From Escherichia coli (lineage in GTDB: Bacteria > Pseudomonadota > Gammaproteobacteria > Enterobacterales > Enterobacteriaceae): a stretch of 64,000 bases of DNA. The position numbers and the translations under genes are program-made. The DNA lies in the NCBI RefSeq assembly GCF_050920415.1, contig NZ_CP169309.1; one strand, 5' to 3'. Of this stretch, positions 35,291-46,443 are shown in pieces. The notes beneath the pieces were generated by a model. That model saw nothing but the letters and a program-made list of their open reading frames with translations, ran no database searches and was not told the DNA's origin. Each line of letters begins with the position of its first letter. The stretch's first letter is position 1.

Positions 35291-36574
35291 ATGGATTTCC
35301 AGTTATATTCGCTCGGCGCAGCGTTAGTGTTTCATGAAATATTTTTTCCTGAATCATCAACGGCAATGGCGTTAATTCTGGCAATGGGAACCTACGGTGC
35401 AGGTTATGTGGCGCGTATTGTCGGAGCATTTATTTTCGGCAAAATGGGCGACAGAATCGGGCGTAAAAAAGTGCTCTTTATTACCATCACTATGATGGGG
35501 ATCTGTACCACCTTAATTGGTGTGCTGCCGACCTATGCACAAATTGGTGTGTTTGCGCCAATTTTGCTGGTGACGCTGCGTATTATTCAGGGGCTGGGGG
35601 CAGGCGCGGAAATTTCCGGTGCCGGTACGATGCTGGCGGAATATGCGCCAAAAGGTAAGCGCGGAATTATCTCCTCATTTGTTGCTATGGGGACTAACTG
35701 CGGAACCTTGAGCGCAACGGCAATCTGGGCCTTTATGTTCTTCATTCTCAGTAAAGAGGAACTGTTGGCGTGGGGATGGCGTATACCGTTCCTGGCGAGC
35801 GTTGTCGTGATGGTCTTTGCTATCTGGTTGCGTATGAATCTGAAAGAAAGCCCGGTCTTTGAGAAGGTTAACGACAGCAACCAACCGACAGCAAAACCTG
35901 CACCTGCTGGTAGCATGTTCCAGAGCAAATCCTTCTGGCTGGCAACAGGGCTGCGTTTTGGTCAGGCTGGTAACTCAGGTTTAATTCAGACTTTCCTTGC
36001 AGGCTATTTAGTGCAGACGTTATTGTTTAACAAAGCAATTCCAACAGATGCATTGATGATCAGTTCGATTCTCGGCTTTATGACCATTCCGTTCCTTGGT
36101 TGGTTATCCGATAAAATTGGTCGCCGGATCCCGTATATTATTATGAATACCTCTGCGATTGTGCTGGCGTGGCCAATGCTTTCTATCATCGTAGATAAAA
36201 GCTATGCCCCGAGCACCATTATGGTTGCACTGATTGTGATTCATAACTGTGCGGTGCTGGGATTATTTGCTCTGGAAAACATTACCATGGCAGAAATGTT
36301 CGGCTGTAAAAATCGCTTTACCCGGATGGCCATTTCTAAAGAAATTGGTGGTCTTATCGCTTCCGGTTTTGGTCCTATCCTGGCGGGTATTTTCTGCACC
36401 ATGACGGAATCCTGGTATCCGATCGCCATTATGATCATGGCATATTCAGTGATTGGTTTAATCTCTGCGCTGAAAATGCCAGAAGTGAAAGACCGTGATT
36501 TAAGTGCACTGGAAGATGCCGCGGAAGATCAACCGCGTGTTGTAACAGCTGCGCAACCTTCAAGAAGTCTGTAA
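35291..36574 (+). pseudogene. ydfJ: MFS transporter YdfJ, 5'-truncated by the prophage insertion (prophage right junction about 35285-35290)
   Basis: 427-aa ORF lacking the first TM region of the family; in-frame stop immediately upstream of the ATG; same arrangement as Qin-interrupted ydfJ in K-12. Confidence 0.8.
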
Positions 36575-36663
36575 ATCCTCCATCCCTTCTCTTACCGGAG
36601 AGGGGATTTTTTATTCATATAACAAAACATGCAGCTTGCCATATTTAAATTTAAGGAATTGTT

Positions 36664-38124
36664 ATGGGAAATAATTTGTTATCAGCAAAAGCGACGCTCC
36701 CTGTTTATGATCGTAATAACCTGGCCCCAAGAATTGTTCATTTAGGCTTTGGTGCATTTCACCGTGCGCATCAGGGCGTGTATGCCGATATTCTTGCTTC
36801 GGAACATTACAGTGACTGGGGATATTATGAGGTCAACTTAATCGGCGGCGAACAGCAAATTGCCGATTTACAACAGCAAGATAATCTTTATACCGTTGCG
36901 GAAATGTCGGCCGATGCGTGGACGGCTCGCGTCGTTGGCGTCGTTAAAAAAGCCTTGCACATACAAATAGATGGCTTAGAAACCGTGCTGGCTGCGATGT
37001 GTGAACCGCAAATCGCGATTGTCTCTCTGACAATCACCGAAAAAGGGTATTTCCACTCTCCGGCGACCGGACAGTTAATGCTCGATCACCCGATGGTCGT
37101 TGCCGACGTGCAAAATCCCCACCAGCCGAAAACTGCAACAGGGGTGATTGTTGAGGCGCTGGCTCGCCGTAAAGCGGCAGGACTTCCCGCATTTACCGTA
37201 ATGTCATGTGACAACATGCCAGAAAACGGTCATGTTATGCGTGACGTTGTCACTTCCTACGCGCAAGCTGTTGATGTAAAACTGGCACAATGGATCGAAG
37301 AAAACGTGACTTTCCCATCAACAATGGTGGACCGTATTGTGCCCGCAGTGACAGAGGATACGCTGGCGAAAATCGAACAACTTACCGGTGTGCGCGATCC
37401 TGCTGGCGTTGCCTGTGAACCTTTCCGCCAGTGGGTAATAGAAGATAACTTTGTTGCCGGACGTCCGGAATGGGAAAAAGCGGGAGCCGAACTGGTTAGT
37501 GATGTGCTGCCTTATGAAGAGATGAAGTTGCGCATGCTCAACGGCAGTCATTCATTCCTGGCGTATCTGGGATATCTTGCGGGATATCAGCACATTAATG
37601 ACTGCATGGAAGATGAAAATTATCGCCGTGCGGCACATGCCTTGATGTTGCAGGAACAGGCGCCGACGCTGAAAGTGCAGGGCGTGGATCTGCAAAATTA
37701 TGCGGATCGACTAATTGAACGCTACAGTAATCCAGCGTTACGCCATCGAACCTGGCAGATTGCGATGGATGGCAGCCAGAAATTGCCACAGCGGATGTTG
37801 GATTCTGTTCGCTGGCATCTGGCGCATGACAGCAAGTTCGATCTGCTGGCGCTGGGCGTCGCGGGTTGGATGCGTTATGTCGGTGGTGTTGATGAACAGG
37901 GAAATCAGATAGAAATCAGTGACCCACTGTTACCTGTTATTCAGAAGGCAGTACAAAGTAGTGCTGAAGGGACAGCGCGCGTCCAGTCATTGCTGGCAAT
38001 TAAGGCGATCTTTGGTGATGATTTACCAGGCAATAGTTTGTTTACGACAAAAGTAACGGAAGTGTACTTGTCTTTATTAGCGCATGGCGCGAAAGCGACC
38101 GTGGCGAAATATTCCGTGAAGTAA
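36664..38124 (+). CDS. ydfI: Mannitol dehydrogenase-family oxidoreductase YdfI
   Basis: 486 aa; recognised E. coli YdfI. Confidence 0.9.
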   Translation: MGNNLLSAKATLPVYDRNNLAPRIVHLGFGAFHRAHQGVYADILASEHYSDWGYYEVNLIGGEQQIADLQQQDNLYTVAEMSADAWTARVVGVVKKALHIQIDGLETVLAAMCEPQIAIVSLTITEKGYFHSPATGQLMLDHPMVVADVQNPHQPKTATGVIVEALARRKAAGLPAFTVMSCDNMPENGHVMRDVVTSYAQAVDVKLAQWIEENVTFPSTMVDRIVPAVTEDTLAKIEQLTGVRDPAGVACEPFRQWVIEDNFVAGRPEWEKAGAELVSDVLPYEEMKLRMLNGSHSFLAYLGYLAGYQHINDCMEDENYRRAAHALMLQEQAPTLKVQGVDLQNYADRLIERYSNPALRHRTWQIAMDGSQKLPQRMLDSVRWHLAHDSKFDLLALGVAGWMRYVGGVDEQGNQIEISDPLLPVIQKAVQSSAEGTARVQSLLAIKAIFGDDLPGNSLFTTKVTEVYLSLLAHGAKATVAKYSVK

Positions 38125-38127
38125 AAA

Positions 38128-38158
38128 AAGCAATGCCGCCATCGGCGGCATTCACACG
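38128..38158 (-). terminator. Rho-independent terminator for ydfZ (hairpin aatgccgcc-atc-ggcggcatt, T-run on minus strand)
   Basis: 9-bp perfect stem between convergent ydfI and ydfZ; A-run on the + strand corresponds to a U-run for the minus-strand transcript. Confidence 0.6.
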
Positions 38159-38159
38159 C

Positions 38160-38363
38160 TTAGTTCATGCCGAGACGAATCAGGTCCAGTGGTGCCAGTT
38201 TCTCTTCACAACCTTCAACAACTACGGTTTTTCCGCGGCGGATTTGCTCAGCGGTCAGACCTTCAGTATCAATCGACAGGATCTTGCCAGTGTGACCGGT
38301 GCCGCTAACCATAACACGGCTGCCAGTGGTGATTGCGTTACGGTTACGATCGTAGGTCGTCAT
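38160..38363 (-). CDS. ydfZ: Small protein YdfZ
   Basis: 67-aa translation [32 protein letters not shown]... recognised as YdfZ. Confidence 0.9.
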
Positions 38364-38539
38364 AGGTGTTTTCTCCTTTCTGATTTACAGTCGAAGCCCA
38401 CGTAACGGGCGCAATATAAATACTCCTGTCGAGTGAAATATTTTTTGTTTTTGATCAAGCTCACATCTTTTTTGATGCATGCATGAGCCATATGACGGAG
38501 GGAAAAACTCTCACCCCGGATGGGATGAGAGGAATTGAA

Positions 38540-39226
38540 TTACTCTTCGCTAAACCAGTCGCTGTTTTCCTGGCGGATCTGGCGCACGGATTCGCTGATT
38601 TCCTGCAAATGTTGCGTCATTGCACGTTCTACCGCATCGCCATCACGTTTTTGCAGGGCAGAGAAAATCTCAAGATGCTGGCGTAACAGCATTTCTGGTG
38701 GAGAAACGTGGTCGAAACTCATATAGCGCACGCGATCAACGGTCGCTTTCAGGTTCTCAATGGTATCCCACGCCAGTTGACAGTCGGCAATCTGCGTCAG
38801 GAGTTGATGGAAGTTGTCATCAAGTTCAAAAAAATCATCCAGTTGCTTGCGCTCAATGGCAATGCGTTGCTGGTGAAGATTTTGTTCCAGTTGGTAGCAC
38901 TGGCTTTCGGTAATCATGCTCGCCGCCCGACGCGCCACCGCGCACTCAATGGCCTGACGGATAAAACTGCCGTTGTGCACCTGGGCCATGGAAATTTTGT
39001 TGACGTAGCTGCCACGCTGCGGACGAATTTGAATCAGGCCGTTTTCCGCCAGTTTAATAAAGGCTTCACGAACCGGCTGGCGTGACACATTGAAACGAAC
39101 AGAAACTTCTTTTTCCGACAACGGTGTGCCTGGTGCAATCAGGCAATGGACAATGTCGCGGCGAAGAATACGATAAATCTGCTGATTGACAGGCTGTGTG
39201 GGATTAAGTTGCGTTTCGACGGTCAT
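38540..39226 (-). CDS. ydfH: GntR-family transcriptional regulator YdfH (RspR)
   Basis: 228 aa; N-terminal GntR HTH plus FCD domain; recognised E. coli YdfH. Confidence 0.9.
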   Translation of the reverse strand: MTVETQLNPTQPVNQQIYRILRRDIVHCLIAPGTPLSEKEVSVRFNVSRQPVREAFIKLAENGLIQIRPQRGSYVNKISMAQVHNGSFIRQAIECAVARRAASMITESQCYQLEQNLHQQRIAIERKQLDDFFELDDNFHQLLTQIADCQLAWDTIENLKATVDRVRYMSFDHVSPPEMLLRQHLEIFSALQKRDGDAVERAMTQHLQEISESVRQIRQENSDWFSEE

Positions 39227-39314
39227 TCGTTCTTGCTTGTGAGTGAGTTAACTGCATGAGTCTACCACTTTTTTGTGACAAGCAATAACCCGGCAGTTAC
39301 GCCGGGTATAAAAA

Positions 39315-40061
39315 TTACTGACGGTGGACATTCAGTCCGGCATAGCTTTGGGTAACCGGCATCATTTCCAGGGTATTGATATTGACGTGAGCAGGCAGCG
39401 TTGACACCCACCAGACGGCTTCGCTGACATCTTCTGGCGTCAATGCAACTGTGTTTTGATAGGTTTTTTCGGCTTTACCGTCATCACCTTTAAAGCGGAC
39501 ATTAGAAAACTCGGTGCCACCCACCAGTCCCGGTTCGATGTCTGTGACACGTACTGCCGTACCGTGCAGATCTGTGCGTAGATTAAGGCTGAACTGACGA
39601 ACAAACGCTTTCGTCGCACCATAAACGTTACCACCAGCATACGGCCAGCTGCCTGCCGTGGAGCCAATGTTAATGATATGACCATGATTACGTTCAACCA
39701 TACCCGGTAAGACGGCCCGCGTCATATATACCAGGCCTTTGTTGTTGGTATCAATCATCGTTTCCCAGTCTTCAACGCTGGCTTTATGCGCAGGCTCCAT
39801 GCCCAGCGCCAGACCGGCATTGTTTACCAGGATATCAATATTGCACCACTCGGCAGGAAGCGATGCCAGCATCTCTTCAATAGCGGCGCGATTACGAACG
39901 TCCAGTTGGGCGATATACAGATTATCACCCAGTTCGTCTTTTAACTCCTGCAACCGCTCCTGGCGACGGCCAGTGGCGATAACTTTATGCCCTTGTTGAA
40001 TAAAACGACGAGTAATGCATTCACCAAAACCTGCCGTTGCTCCAGTTACTAAAACGATCAT
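39315..40061 (-). CDS. ydfG: NADP-dependent 3-hydroxy acid dehydrogenase YdfG (SDR family)
   Basis: MIVLVTGATAGFGECITRRF... with Rossmann TGxxxGxG motif; start set at the MIVLV methionine. Confidence 0.9.
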   Translation of the reverse strand: MIVLVTGATAGFGECITRRFIQQGHKVIATGRRQERLQELKDELGDNLYIAQLDVRNRAAIEEMLASLPAEWCNIDILVNNAGLALGMEPAHKASVEDWETMIDTNNKGLVYMTRAVLPGMVERNHGHIINIGSTAGSWPYAGGNVYGATKAFVRQFSLNLRTDLHGTAVRVTDIEPGLVGGTEFSNVRFKGDDGKAEKTYQNTVALTPEDVSEAVWWVSTLPAHVNINTLEMMPVTQSYAGLNVHRQ

Positions 40062-40197
40062 CTCACTGTTCCTCAACGCTTTTGTGTGTCAATAACATAG
40101 CACGTGATGCTTAAGAGCGGGTAATACTGGTTTGCAAGATTGCACTCCGTTATCAGTAAGCCTACGCTATGGAACACCTCGCGTTCAGGAGAAGAAA

Positions 40198-42243
40198 ATG
40201 ACAACAATGAATCCTTTCCTTGTGCAAAGCACACTGCCGTATCTGGCTCCCCATTTTGATCAAATTGCCAATCATCACTATCGACCGGCATTTGATGAGG
40301 GAATGCAGCAAAAGCGGGCCGAAATTGCCGCCATTGCGCTCAACCCGCAAACACCTGATTTCAACAATACTATTCTGGCACTGGAGCAGAGTGGGGAACT
40401 GCTGACCCGCGTCACCAGCGTTTTTTTTGCGATGACTGCGGCGCATACCAATGATGAATTACAGCGTCTTGATGAGCAGTTTTCCGCTGAACTGGCAGAA
40501 CTGGCTAATGATATCTATCTGAACGGTGAATTATTCGCGCGAGTAGATGCTGTCTGGCAGCGCCGTGAATCCGAGGGGCTTGATAGTGAATCCATTCGCC
40601 TGGTGGAGGTTATTCATCAACGTTTTGTCCTTGCCGGAGCCAAACTTGCGCGAGCTGATAAAGCAAAATTAAAAGTTCTTAATACAGAAGCTGCGACCCT
40701 GACCAGCCAGTTTAACCAGCGGTTACTTGCGGCAAATAAATCCGGCGGTCTGGTTCTGGACGATATTGCGCAACTGGCTGGGATGAGCGAACAGGAGATT
40801 GCGCTGGCGGCAGAGGCGGCTCGCGAGAAAGGTCTGGATAACAAATGGCTTATTCCGCTGCTGAATACCACCCAGCAACCGGCGCTTGCTGAACTGCGCG
40901 ATCGCGCGACGCGTGAAAAACTGTTTACTGCGGGCTGGACGCGAGCGGAAAAAAATGATGCCAATGATACCCGCGCTATCATTCAACGTCTGGTGGAGAT
41001 CCGTGCACAACAGGCTACATTACTTGGTTTTCCTCATTATGCCGCATGGAAAATCGCCGATCAGATGGCAAAAACACCTGAAGCAGCACTTAACTTTATG
41101 CGGGAAATTGTTCCAGCGGCGCGTCAACGTGCGAGCGATGAATTAGCCTCCATACAGGCGGTTATCGATAAGCAGCAGGGCGGGTTTAGCGTGCAGCCGT
41201 GGGACTGGGCATTTTATGCCGAACAGGTACGGCGGGAGAAATTTGATCTTGATGAGGCGCAGCTCAAGCCATATTTTGAATTAAACACGGTGTTGAATGA
41301 AGGTGTATTCTGGACCGCGAATCAGCTCTTCGGTATTAAGTTTGTCGAACGTTTTGATATTCCTGTCTACCATCCTGACGTTCGTGTGTGGGAAATTTTT
41401 GATCATAATGGCGTGGGGCTGGCGTTATTTTACGGTGATTTCTTCGCCCGTGATTCAAAAAGCGGCGGTGCATGGATGGGCAATTTTGTTGAGCAATCAA
41501 CGCTGAATGAAACGCATCCGGTAATTTATAACGTCTGCAATTATCAGAAACCCGCTGCCGGTGAACCTGCGTTGTTACCCTGGGATGATGTGATAACCTT
41601 ATTCCATGAATTTGGTCATACGCTGCACGGCCTTTTTGCCCGCCAGCGTTATGCCACGCTTTCCGGTACCAACACGCCGCGTGATTTTGTCGAATTTCCA
41701 TCGCAAATCAACGAACACTGGGCAACGTATCCGCAGGTATTCGCTCGCTACGCCCGGCATTATCAGAGCGGGGCAGCAATGCCTGACGAACTGCAACAGA
41801 AAATGCGTAAAGCCAGCCTGTTCAACAAAGGGTATGAGATGAGCGAACTGCTTAGCGCCGCACTTCTCGATATGCGCTGGCATTGCCTGGAAGAAAACGA
41901 AGCAATACAGGATGTCGATGATTTCGAATTGCGGGCGCTGGTGGCGGAAAATATGGATCTTCCTGCTATACCGCCACGCTATCGCAGCAGTTATTTCGCC
42001 CATATTTTTGGTGGCGGATATGCCGCAGGTTATTACGCTTATCTGTGGACACAAATGTTGGCCGATGATGGTTACCAGTGGTTTGTTGAGCAGGGCGGAT
42101 TAACGCGTGAAAATGGGCTGCGTTTTCGCGAGGCGATCCTTTCCAGAGGTAACAGCGAAGATCTGGAACGCCTGTATCGACAATGGCGCGGTAAGGCTCC
42201 TCAGATTATGCCGATGCTGCAACATCGTGGCTTGAACATATAA
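40198..42243 (+). CDS. dcp: Dipeptidyl carboxypeptidase II (M3 zinc metallopeptidase)
   Basis: 681 aa from ATG 40198 (MTTMNPFLVQSTLPYLAPHFDQI...); HEFGH zinc-binding motif present. Confidence 0.95.
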   Translation: MTTMNPFLVQSTLPYLAPHFDQIANHHYRPAFDEGMQQKRAEIAAIALNPQTPDFNNTILALEQSGELLTRVTSVFFAMTAAHTNDELQRLDEQFSAELAELANDIYLNGELFARVDAVWQRRESEGLDSESIRLVEVIHQRFVLAGAKLARADKAKLKVLNTEAATLTSQFNQRLLAANKSGGLVLDDIAQLAGMSEQEIALAAEAAREKGLDNKWLIPLLNTTQQPALAELRDRATREKLFTAGWTRAEKNDANDTRAIIQRLVEIRAQQATLLGFPHYAAWKIADQMAKTPEAALNFMREIVPAARQRASDELASIQAVIDKQQGGFSVQPWDWAFYAEQVRREKFDLDEAQLKPYFELNTVLNEGVFWTANQLFGIKFVERFDIPVYHPDVRVWEIFDHNGVGLALFYGDFFARDSKSGGAWMGNFVEQSTLNETHPVIYNVCNYQKPAAGEPALLPWDDVITLFHEFGHTLHGLFARQRYATLSGTNTPRDFVEFPSQINEHWATYPQVFARYARHYQSGAAMPDELQQKMRKASLFNKGYEMSELLSAALLDMRWHCLEENEAIQDVDDFELRALVAENMDLPAIPPRYRSSYFAHIFGGGYAAGYYAYLWTQMLADDGYQWFVEQGGLTRENGLRFREAILSRGNSEDLERLYRQWRGKAPQIMPMLQHRGLNI

Positions 42244-42287
42244 ACACCACCAATGGCTGGCCTGGAGATATCGCCAGGCCAGCCTGG

Positions 42288-42806
42288 TTAGAGCAGTAAT
42301 TGCAGCAGCTGGGCGAGGGCAAACCTCACCGCTAAAGCTAATACCGTTTCGCAGTCGCCAGCAAAATGCATAACCGCAGTGTAGTTCTGGCCTTTAAAAT
42401 GCCACGCGAACCAGACGGTACCCGCTGGTGTACCATCTTCACCGCCCTCCGGTCCGCCGTAGCCGGTAATGGCAATACTGACATCAGCATCCGCACGCTC
42501 TATGGCACCGGTTGCCATTTCTGCTGCCACTTTCTCACTCACCGCAGAATATCGTTCAAGAGATTGCTGGCTTACGCTGAGGATTTTCATCTTTGCCTGA
42601 TCGGTGAAAGTAACAAAGCCTGCACCGTAAAATTTGGGTGTATCTTCAGCTGCACACAGGGCGCTAGCCAACTTACCGCCGGTGCATGATTCGGCGGTAG
42701 TTAAGCGTAATTGATCCGCGATAAGTCTTTGACTCAACGCGGATGTCAGGTTTTCAATAGTGTCGGTATCTGCGAGTTGTACAATTTTATCTTTATTAAT
42801 GTTCAC
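42288..42806 (-). CDS. ydeJ: CinA-family protein YdeJ
   Basis: 172-aa translation recognised as YdeJ. Confidence 0.85.
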   Translation of the reverse strand: MNINKDKIVQLADTDTIENLTSALSQRLIADQLRLTTAESCTGGKLASALCAAEDTPKFYGAGFVTFTDQAKMKILSVSQQSLERYSAVSEKVAAEMATGAIERADADVSIAITGYGGPEGGEDGTPAGTVWFAWHFKGQNYTAVMHFAGDCETVLALAVRFALAQLLQLLL

Positions 42807-43084
42807 TGTTTTTTGTCCACGCTATTATTTATAAAGGTAATTTACTTTTTCTGTATACTCTTCCGTTATAATAATTTTCAAATTTATAAATCCGATTATT
42901 CTGAAAATGAGCTTAAGACTCTTTAATCTTCTTCTTAACTTTAGTGAGTTAAATTCTCTGAATATTTGACAGCTAGTTGGCTGATTTTAAATGCCTTATA
43001 ACAATTGGCAGTATTCTTATTTGGCAATTATAAAAATAGCAACCAGACTTAATAAGTCAAACCAAACGCAATTAAGGAGTCAGT

Positions 43085-43477
43085 ATGAAATTTCAGGCCA
43101 TTGTATTAGCAAGTTTTCTTATCATGCCTTATGCGTTGGCAGATGACCAGGGGGGATTAAAACAGGATGCAGCGCCACCGCCGCCTCATGCAATAGAAGA
43201 TGGCTATCGCGGAACCGATGATGCAAAAAAAATGACCGTTGATTTCGCAAAAACCATGCACGATGGCGCTTCGGTTTCACTACGCGGTAATTTGATTTCT
43301 CACAAAGGAGAGGACCGTTACGTTTTTCGCGATAAGAGCGGTGAAATTAATGTTGTTATTCCTGCGGCCGTTTTTGATGGACGAGAAGTTCAGCCGGACC
43401 AGATGATCAACATTAGTGGCAGCCTGGATAAGAAAAGCGCGCCGGCCGTCGTTCGGGTCACTCATTTGCAGAAATAA
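43085..43477 (+). CDS. ydeI: Periplasmic OB-fold (BOF/YgiW family) protein YdeI
   Basis: 130 aa with signal peptide; recognised as YdeI. Confidence 0.85.
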   Translation: MKFQAIVLASFLIMPYALADDQGGLKQDAAPPPPHAIEDGYRGTDDAKKMTVDFAKTMHDGASVSLRGNLISHKGEDRYVFRDKSGEINVVIPAAVFDGREVQPDQMINISGSLDKKSAPAVVRVTHLQK

Positions 43478-43730
43478 AAATAAATTAGCCTGATGGCCTG
43501 AACTACTGGGCCATTAGGGTATTGGGTTATGCTATTTGTCATCCTTTTATTTACGATAATGCAGAGGTAATTTACAGAATTAAACACTTTTTATCCGCTG
43601 ATTTTGTTTTAAATCAGAATGTTATCTCAGAGATGACTCATAACTTCGGATTTCTATGAAAATATTAACGTAATTTTGCTTTTCTCTCGTTAGAATAGCG
43701 CGCACAAGGAACTGTGAAAAAGGAGTGGCA

Positions 43731-44621
43731 ATGATCAAGAAGACAACGGAAATTGATGCCATCTTGTTAAATCTCAATAAGGCTATCGATGCCCACTACC
43801 AGTGGCTGGTGAGTATGTTTCACAGCGTGGTCGCGAGAGATGCCAGTAAGCCAGAAATAACGGATAACCATTCTTATGGACTGTGCCAGTTTGGTCGGTG
43901 GATTGATCATCTGGGGCCACTCGATAACGATGAATTACCTTACGTTCGGCTAATGGATTCTGCCCATCAACATATGCATAACTGTGGTCGGGAATTAATG
44001 TTGGCTATTGTTGAAAATCACTGGCAGGACGCGCATTTCGACGCCTTTCAGGAAGGGTTGCTTTCTTTTACTGCGGCATTAACCGATTACAAAATTTATT
44101 TGCTGACGATCCGTAGCAATATGGATGTTTTGACGGGATTGCCGGGTCGTCGGGTTCTTGATGAATCCTTCGATCATCAGTTACGCAATGCTGAACCTCT
44201 GAATCTTTATTTAATGTTGTTGGATATTGACCGATTTAAATTGGTTAATGATACCTACGGGCATTTAATCGGCGATGTAGTATTACGCACCCTGGCAACT
44301 TACTTAGCCAGTTGGACGCGCGATTACGAAACGGTTTATCGCTACGGGGGCGAAGAATTTATCATTATTGTCAAAGCGGCTAATGATGAAGAAGCATGTC
44401 GTGCAGGTATCAGAATTTGCCAGTTAGTCGATAACCATGCCATCACACATTCTGAAGGGCATATCAACATTACCGTTACAGCAGGTGTGAGTCGCGCATT
44501 TCCTGAAGAGCCTCTGGATGTGGTCATTGGAAGAGCGGACCGGGCAATGTATGAGGGTAAGCAAACCGGAAGAAATCGCTGCATGTTTATTGACGAACAA
44601 AATGTGATTAACCGAGTTTAA
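43731..44621 (+). CDS. dgcZ: Zinc-sensing diguanylate cyclase DgcZ (YdeH)
   Basis: 296 aa from ATG 43731; GGEEF motif (RYGGEEFIIIV) present. Confidence 0.9.
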   Translation: MIKKTTEIDAILLNLNKAIDAHYQWLVSMFHSVVARDASKPEITDNHSYGLCQFGRWIDHLGPLDNDELPYVRLMDSAHQHMHNCGRELMLAIVENHWQDAHFDAFQEGLLSFTAALTDYKIYLLTIRSNMDVLTGLPGRRVLDESFDHQLRNAEPLNLYLMLLDIDRFKLVNDTYGHLIGDVVLRTLATYLASWTRDYETVYRYGGEEFIIIVKAANDEEACRAGIRICQLVDNHAITHSEGHINITVTAGVSRAFPEEPLDVVIGRADRAMYEGKQTGRNRCMFIDEQNVINRV

Positions 44622-44654
44622 GCTCCGTTTAACATTCATTGAGAAAACTGATGC

Positions 44655-44764
44655 TACTGTGTCAACGATCCGTTATCAGTGCAGGAAAATGCCTGTTAGC
44701 GTAAAAGCAAAACACAAATCTATCCATGCAAGCATTCACCGCCGGTTTACTGGCGGTTTTTTTT
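44655..44764 (+). ncRNA. mgrR: Probable PhoP-activated small RNA MgrR (ends approximate)
   Basis: PhoP-box-like direct repeat GTTTA-N6-GTTTA at about 44616-44631, followed about 100 nt later by a terminator (caccgccggt-ttac-tggcggt + T-run at about 44737-44766); matches the known mgrR position downstream of dgcZ. Confidence 0.5.
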
Positions 44765-44839
44765 CGCCGTCATAAAAATCAGGCCCCTTGTACACAGTTG
44801 TAACAAGGGGCCGGTTAGGTGAGGGGTTATCTCCGTTCA

Positions 44840-44935
44840 TTAGTCATCCCATTTGTGGCTGAAATACGCGGCCAGAAAACCAGAAAATAAAATTATTCCC
44901 AGTACGGCCATAAAAACATTCATATTACCCAGCAT
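44840..44935 (-). CDS. mgtS: Small membrane protein MgtS (YneM), 31 aa
   Basis: Minus-strand translation MLGNMNVFMAVLGIILFSGFLAAYFSHKWDD*; below the ORF-track size cutoff; followed by a hairpin terminator on the minus strand. Confidence 0.8.
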   Translation of the reverse strand: MLGNMNVFMAVLGIILFSGFLAAYFSHKWDD

Positions 44936-45061
44936 TATTTGCCTCCGTTTATGGTGTGGTGTGTTTCCTCGCTTACCTTAATTTTCATCTCAATGAGAAA
45001 GATATTAGCAGAGGTAACCTAAACGAAGGCTGAATTAAATTTTTATTGTGTTCGACTTAAA

Positions 45062-46249
45062 TCAACAAAGCGCGGGCTGCCCCCACGGTCTTGCACGAAT
45101 CCCTTTTAACATCAGCACCCACGCAGCAATGATCACCAACGCTAAGATGATAAACAGCGAGGAAGGCGGCAGGCTGGTTAGCACTACGCCACTCACTAAT
45201 GGATTAATCGCAGCACCAAGCCAGCCTAAAGACTGGGCGGAAAAATAGCTGGCTTTCATTCCTGGCGGCGCAATATGGTCAATCAACATATACTCGCCCG
45301 GCGCATAAATGATTTCACCGACAGTAAATACCGCAGCTGACATACCCCACATTAGCAGGCTGTTGCCGGAAAAAATAAAACCGACCAGCCCGATGACGAA
45401 ACAGAGGGTGCCTGCTGTCATCAGCGCGCGGATGTTAGCCGGATTAAGGCGGCGGCCCACGGAATACTGCAACGTAACCACCATCGCAGCATTAACCGGA
45501 AGAACAACCGCGACCACCTTTTCGGCAAAATCACCATCAGCAATTACCATCACATATTGTGAAATGCATGAAGCAAATGCTCCGCTAACAAAAGAAGCCA
45601 GAAAGCCAGAGCAGGTAAACCACAACAGTGCTTTATCTTGTAATAAAACTTTCGGCGACCAGACACTGCCTGTTTCCGTGGCGATGATTTTCTCGCTGCG
45701 CTTTACCCAAATTTGAATGAAAAGCATGGGAAACGCGGAACAGATAGCTGCCAGCCAAAAGGGCAGATTGATGCTCTGCATCACCAACAGCGTGCCGAGC
45801 GGCGGACCGATGGTCCAGCCAATGTTGAGCATGGTGTAGTTGATTGAGAAGATTTTCGTTTTGCTGGTGGACGAAAGATTGTCGGCAAACCAGGCTTTCA
45901 ACACGGTAGCAAAAACGGAATAGGCGCAGTTAATAAGGGCAAAAAAGAGCACCACCAGCGTCACGTTATTCACTAAAGGAATGGCAATAAAACCGCTGGC
46001 GAAGGCGGTAATTGACAGTAACATATAGCGTTTCTTGTCGAACTTATCCGCCAGGATACCAAAACCGAGGCTAAAAACGACGCCAATAGTGAGCGCAATT
46101 GTCATCGCATAACCGATTAGATCGACACTCAGGCTGTACTGGCGACTCAAGTAAATGGTCATAAATGGCAGCGTAGCGCCGCGTCCGATGGTTAATAACA
46201 ACGACGAGGCAAGAAGGGCGCTGGTAGAGCGTCGTAGGGATAAGTTCAT
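45062..46249 (-). CDS. ydeE: MFS efflux transporter YdeE
   Basis: 395-aa 12-TM MFS protein recognised as YdeE. Confidence 0.9.
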   Translation of the reverse strand: MNLSLRRSTSALLASSLLLTIGRGATLPFMTIYLSRQYSLSVDLIGYAMTIALTIGVVFSLGFGILADKFDKKRYMLLSITAFASGFIAIPLVNNVTLVVLFFALINCAYSVFATVLKAWFADNLSSTSKTKIFSINYTMLNIGWTIGPPLGTLLVMQSINLPFWLAAICSAFPMLFIQIWVKRSEKIIATETGSVWSPKVLLQDKALLWFTCSGFLASFVSGAFASCISQYVMVIADGDFAEKVVAVVLPVNAAMVVTLQYSVGRRLNPANIRALMTAGTLCFVIGLVGFIFSGNSLLMWGMSAAVFTVGEIIYAPGEYMLIDHIAPPGMKASYFSAQSLGWLGAAINPLVSGVVLTSLPPSSLFIILALVIIAAWVLMLKGIRARPWGQPALC

Positions 46250-46443
46250 TTGTCTGTCCGGCAGTGCGTTTCGTTATGCTTTGTTTTAGAGATGTAAAGA
46301 AATAGCATGGCAAAAATCCGAAGTATAGCGACTTATTTGCGCATTAATGCCGTCGTAACCGGCGACTAACGAATCAACTGTTAAAGAAAAGTAAATTCAG
46401 CTAAGTTGATTGCTTACAAAAGATGAAATTCAGAGGCGGTAGA

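Noticed and set aside
35073-35327. 84-aa ORF across the prophage/ydfJ junction
   Set aside because: Spans the junction in a frame different from ydfJ, with no RBS or recognisable domain; probably fortuitous
38133-38405. 90-aa plus-strand ORF
   Set aside because: Antisense to the recognised ydfZ gene and overlapping its terminator
40132-40197. N-terminal extension of dcp in the ORF track
   Set aside because: The ATG at 40198 (MTTMNPFLV) gives the known 681-aa Dcp; the upstream extension overlaps the ydfG-dcp divergent promoter region
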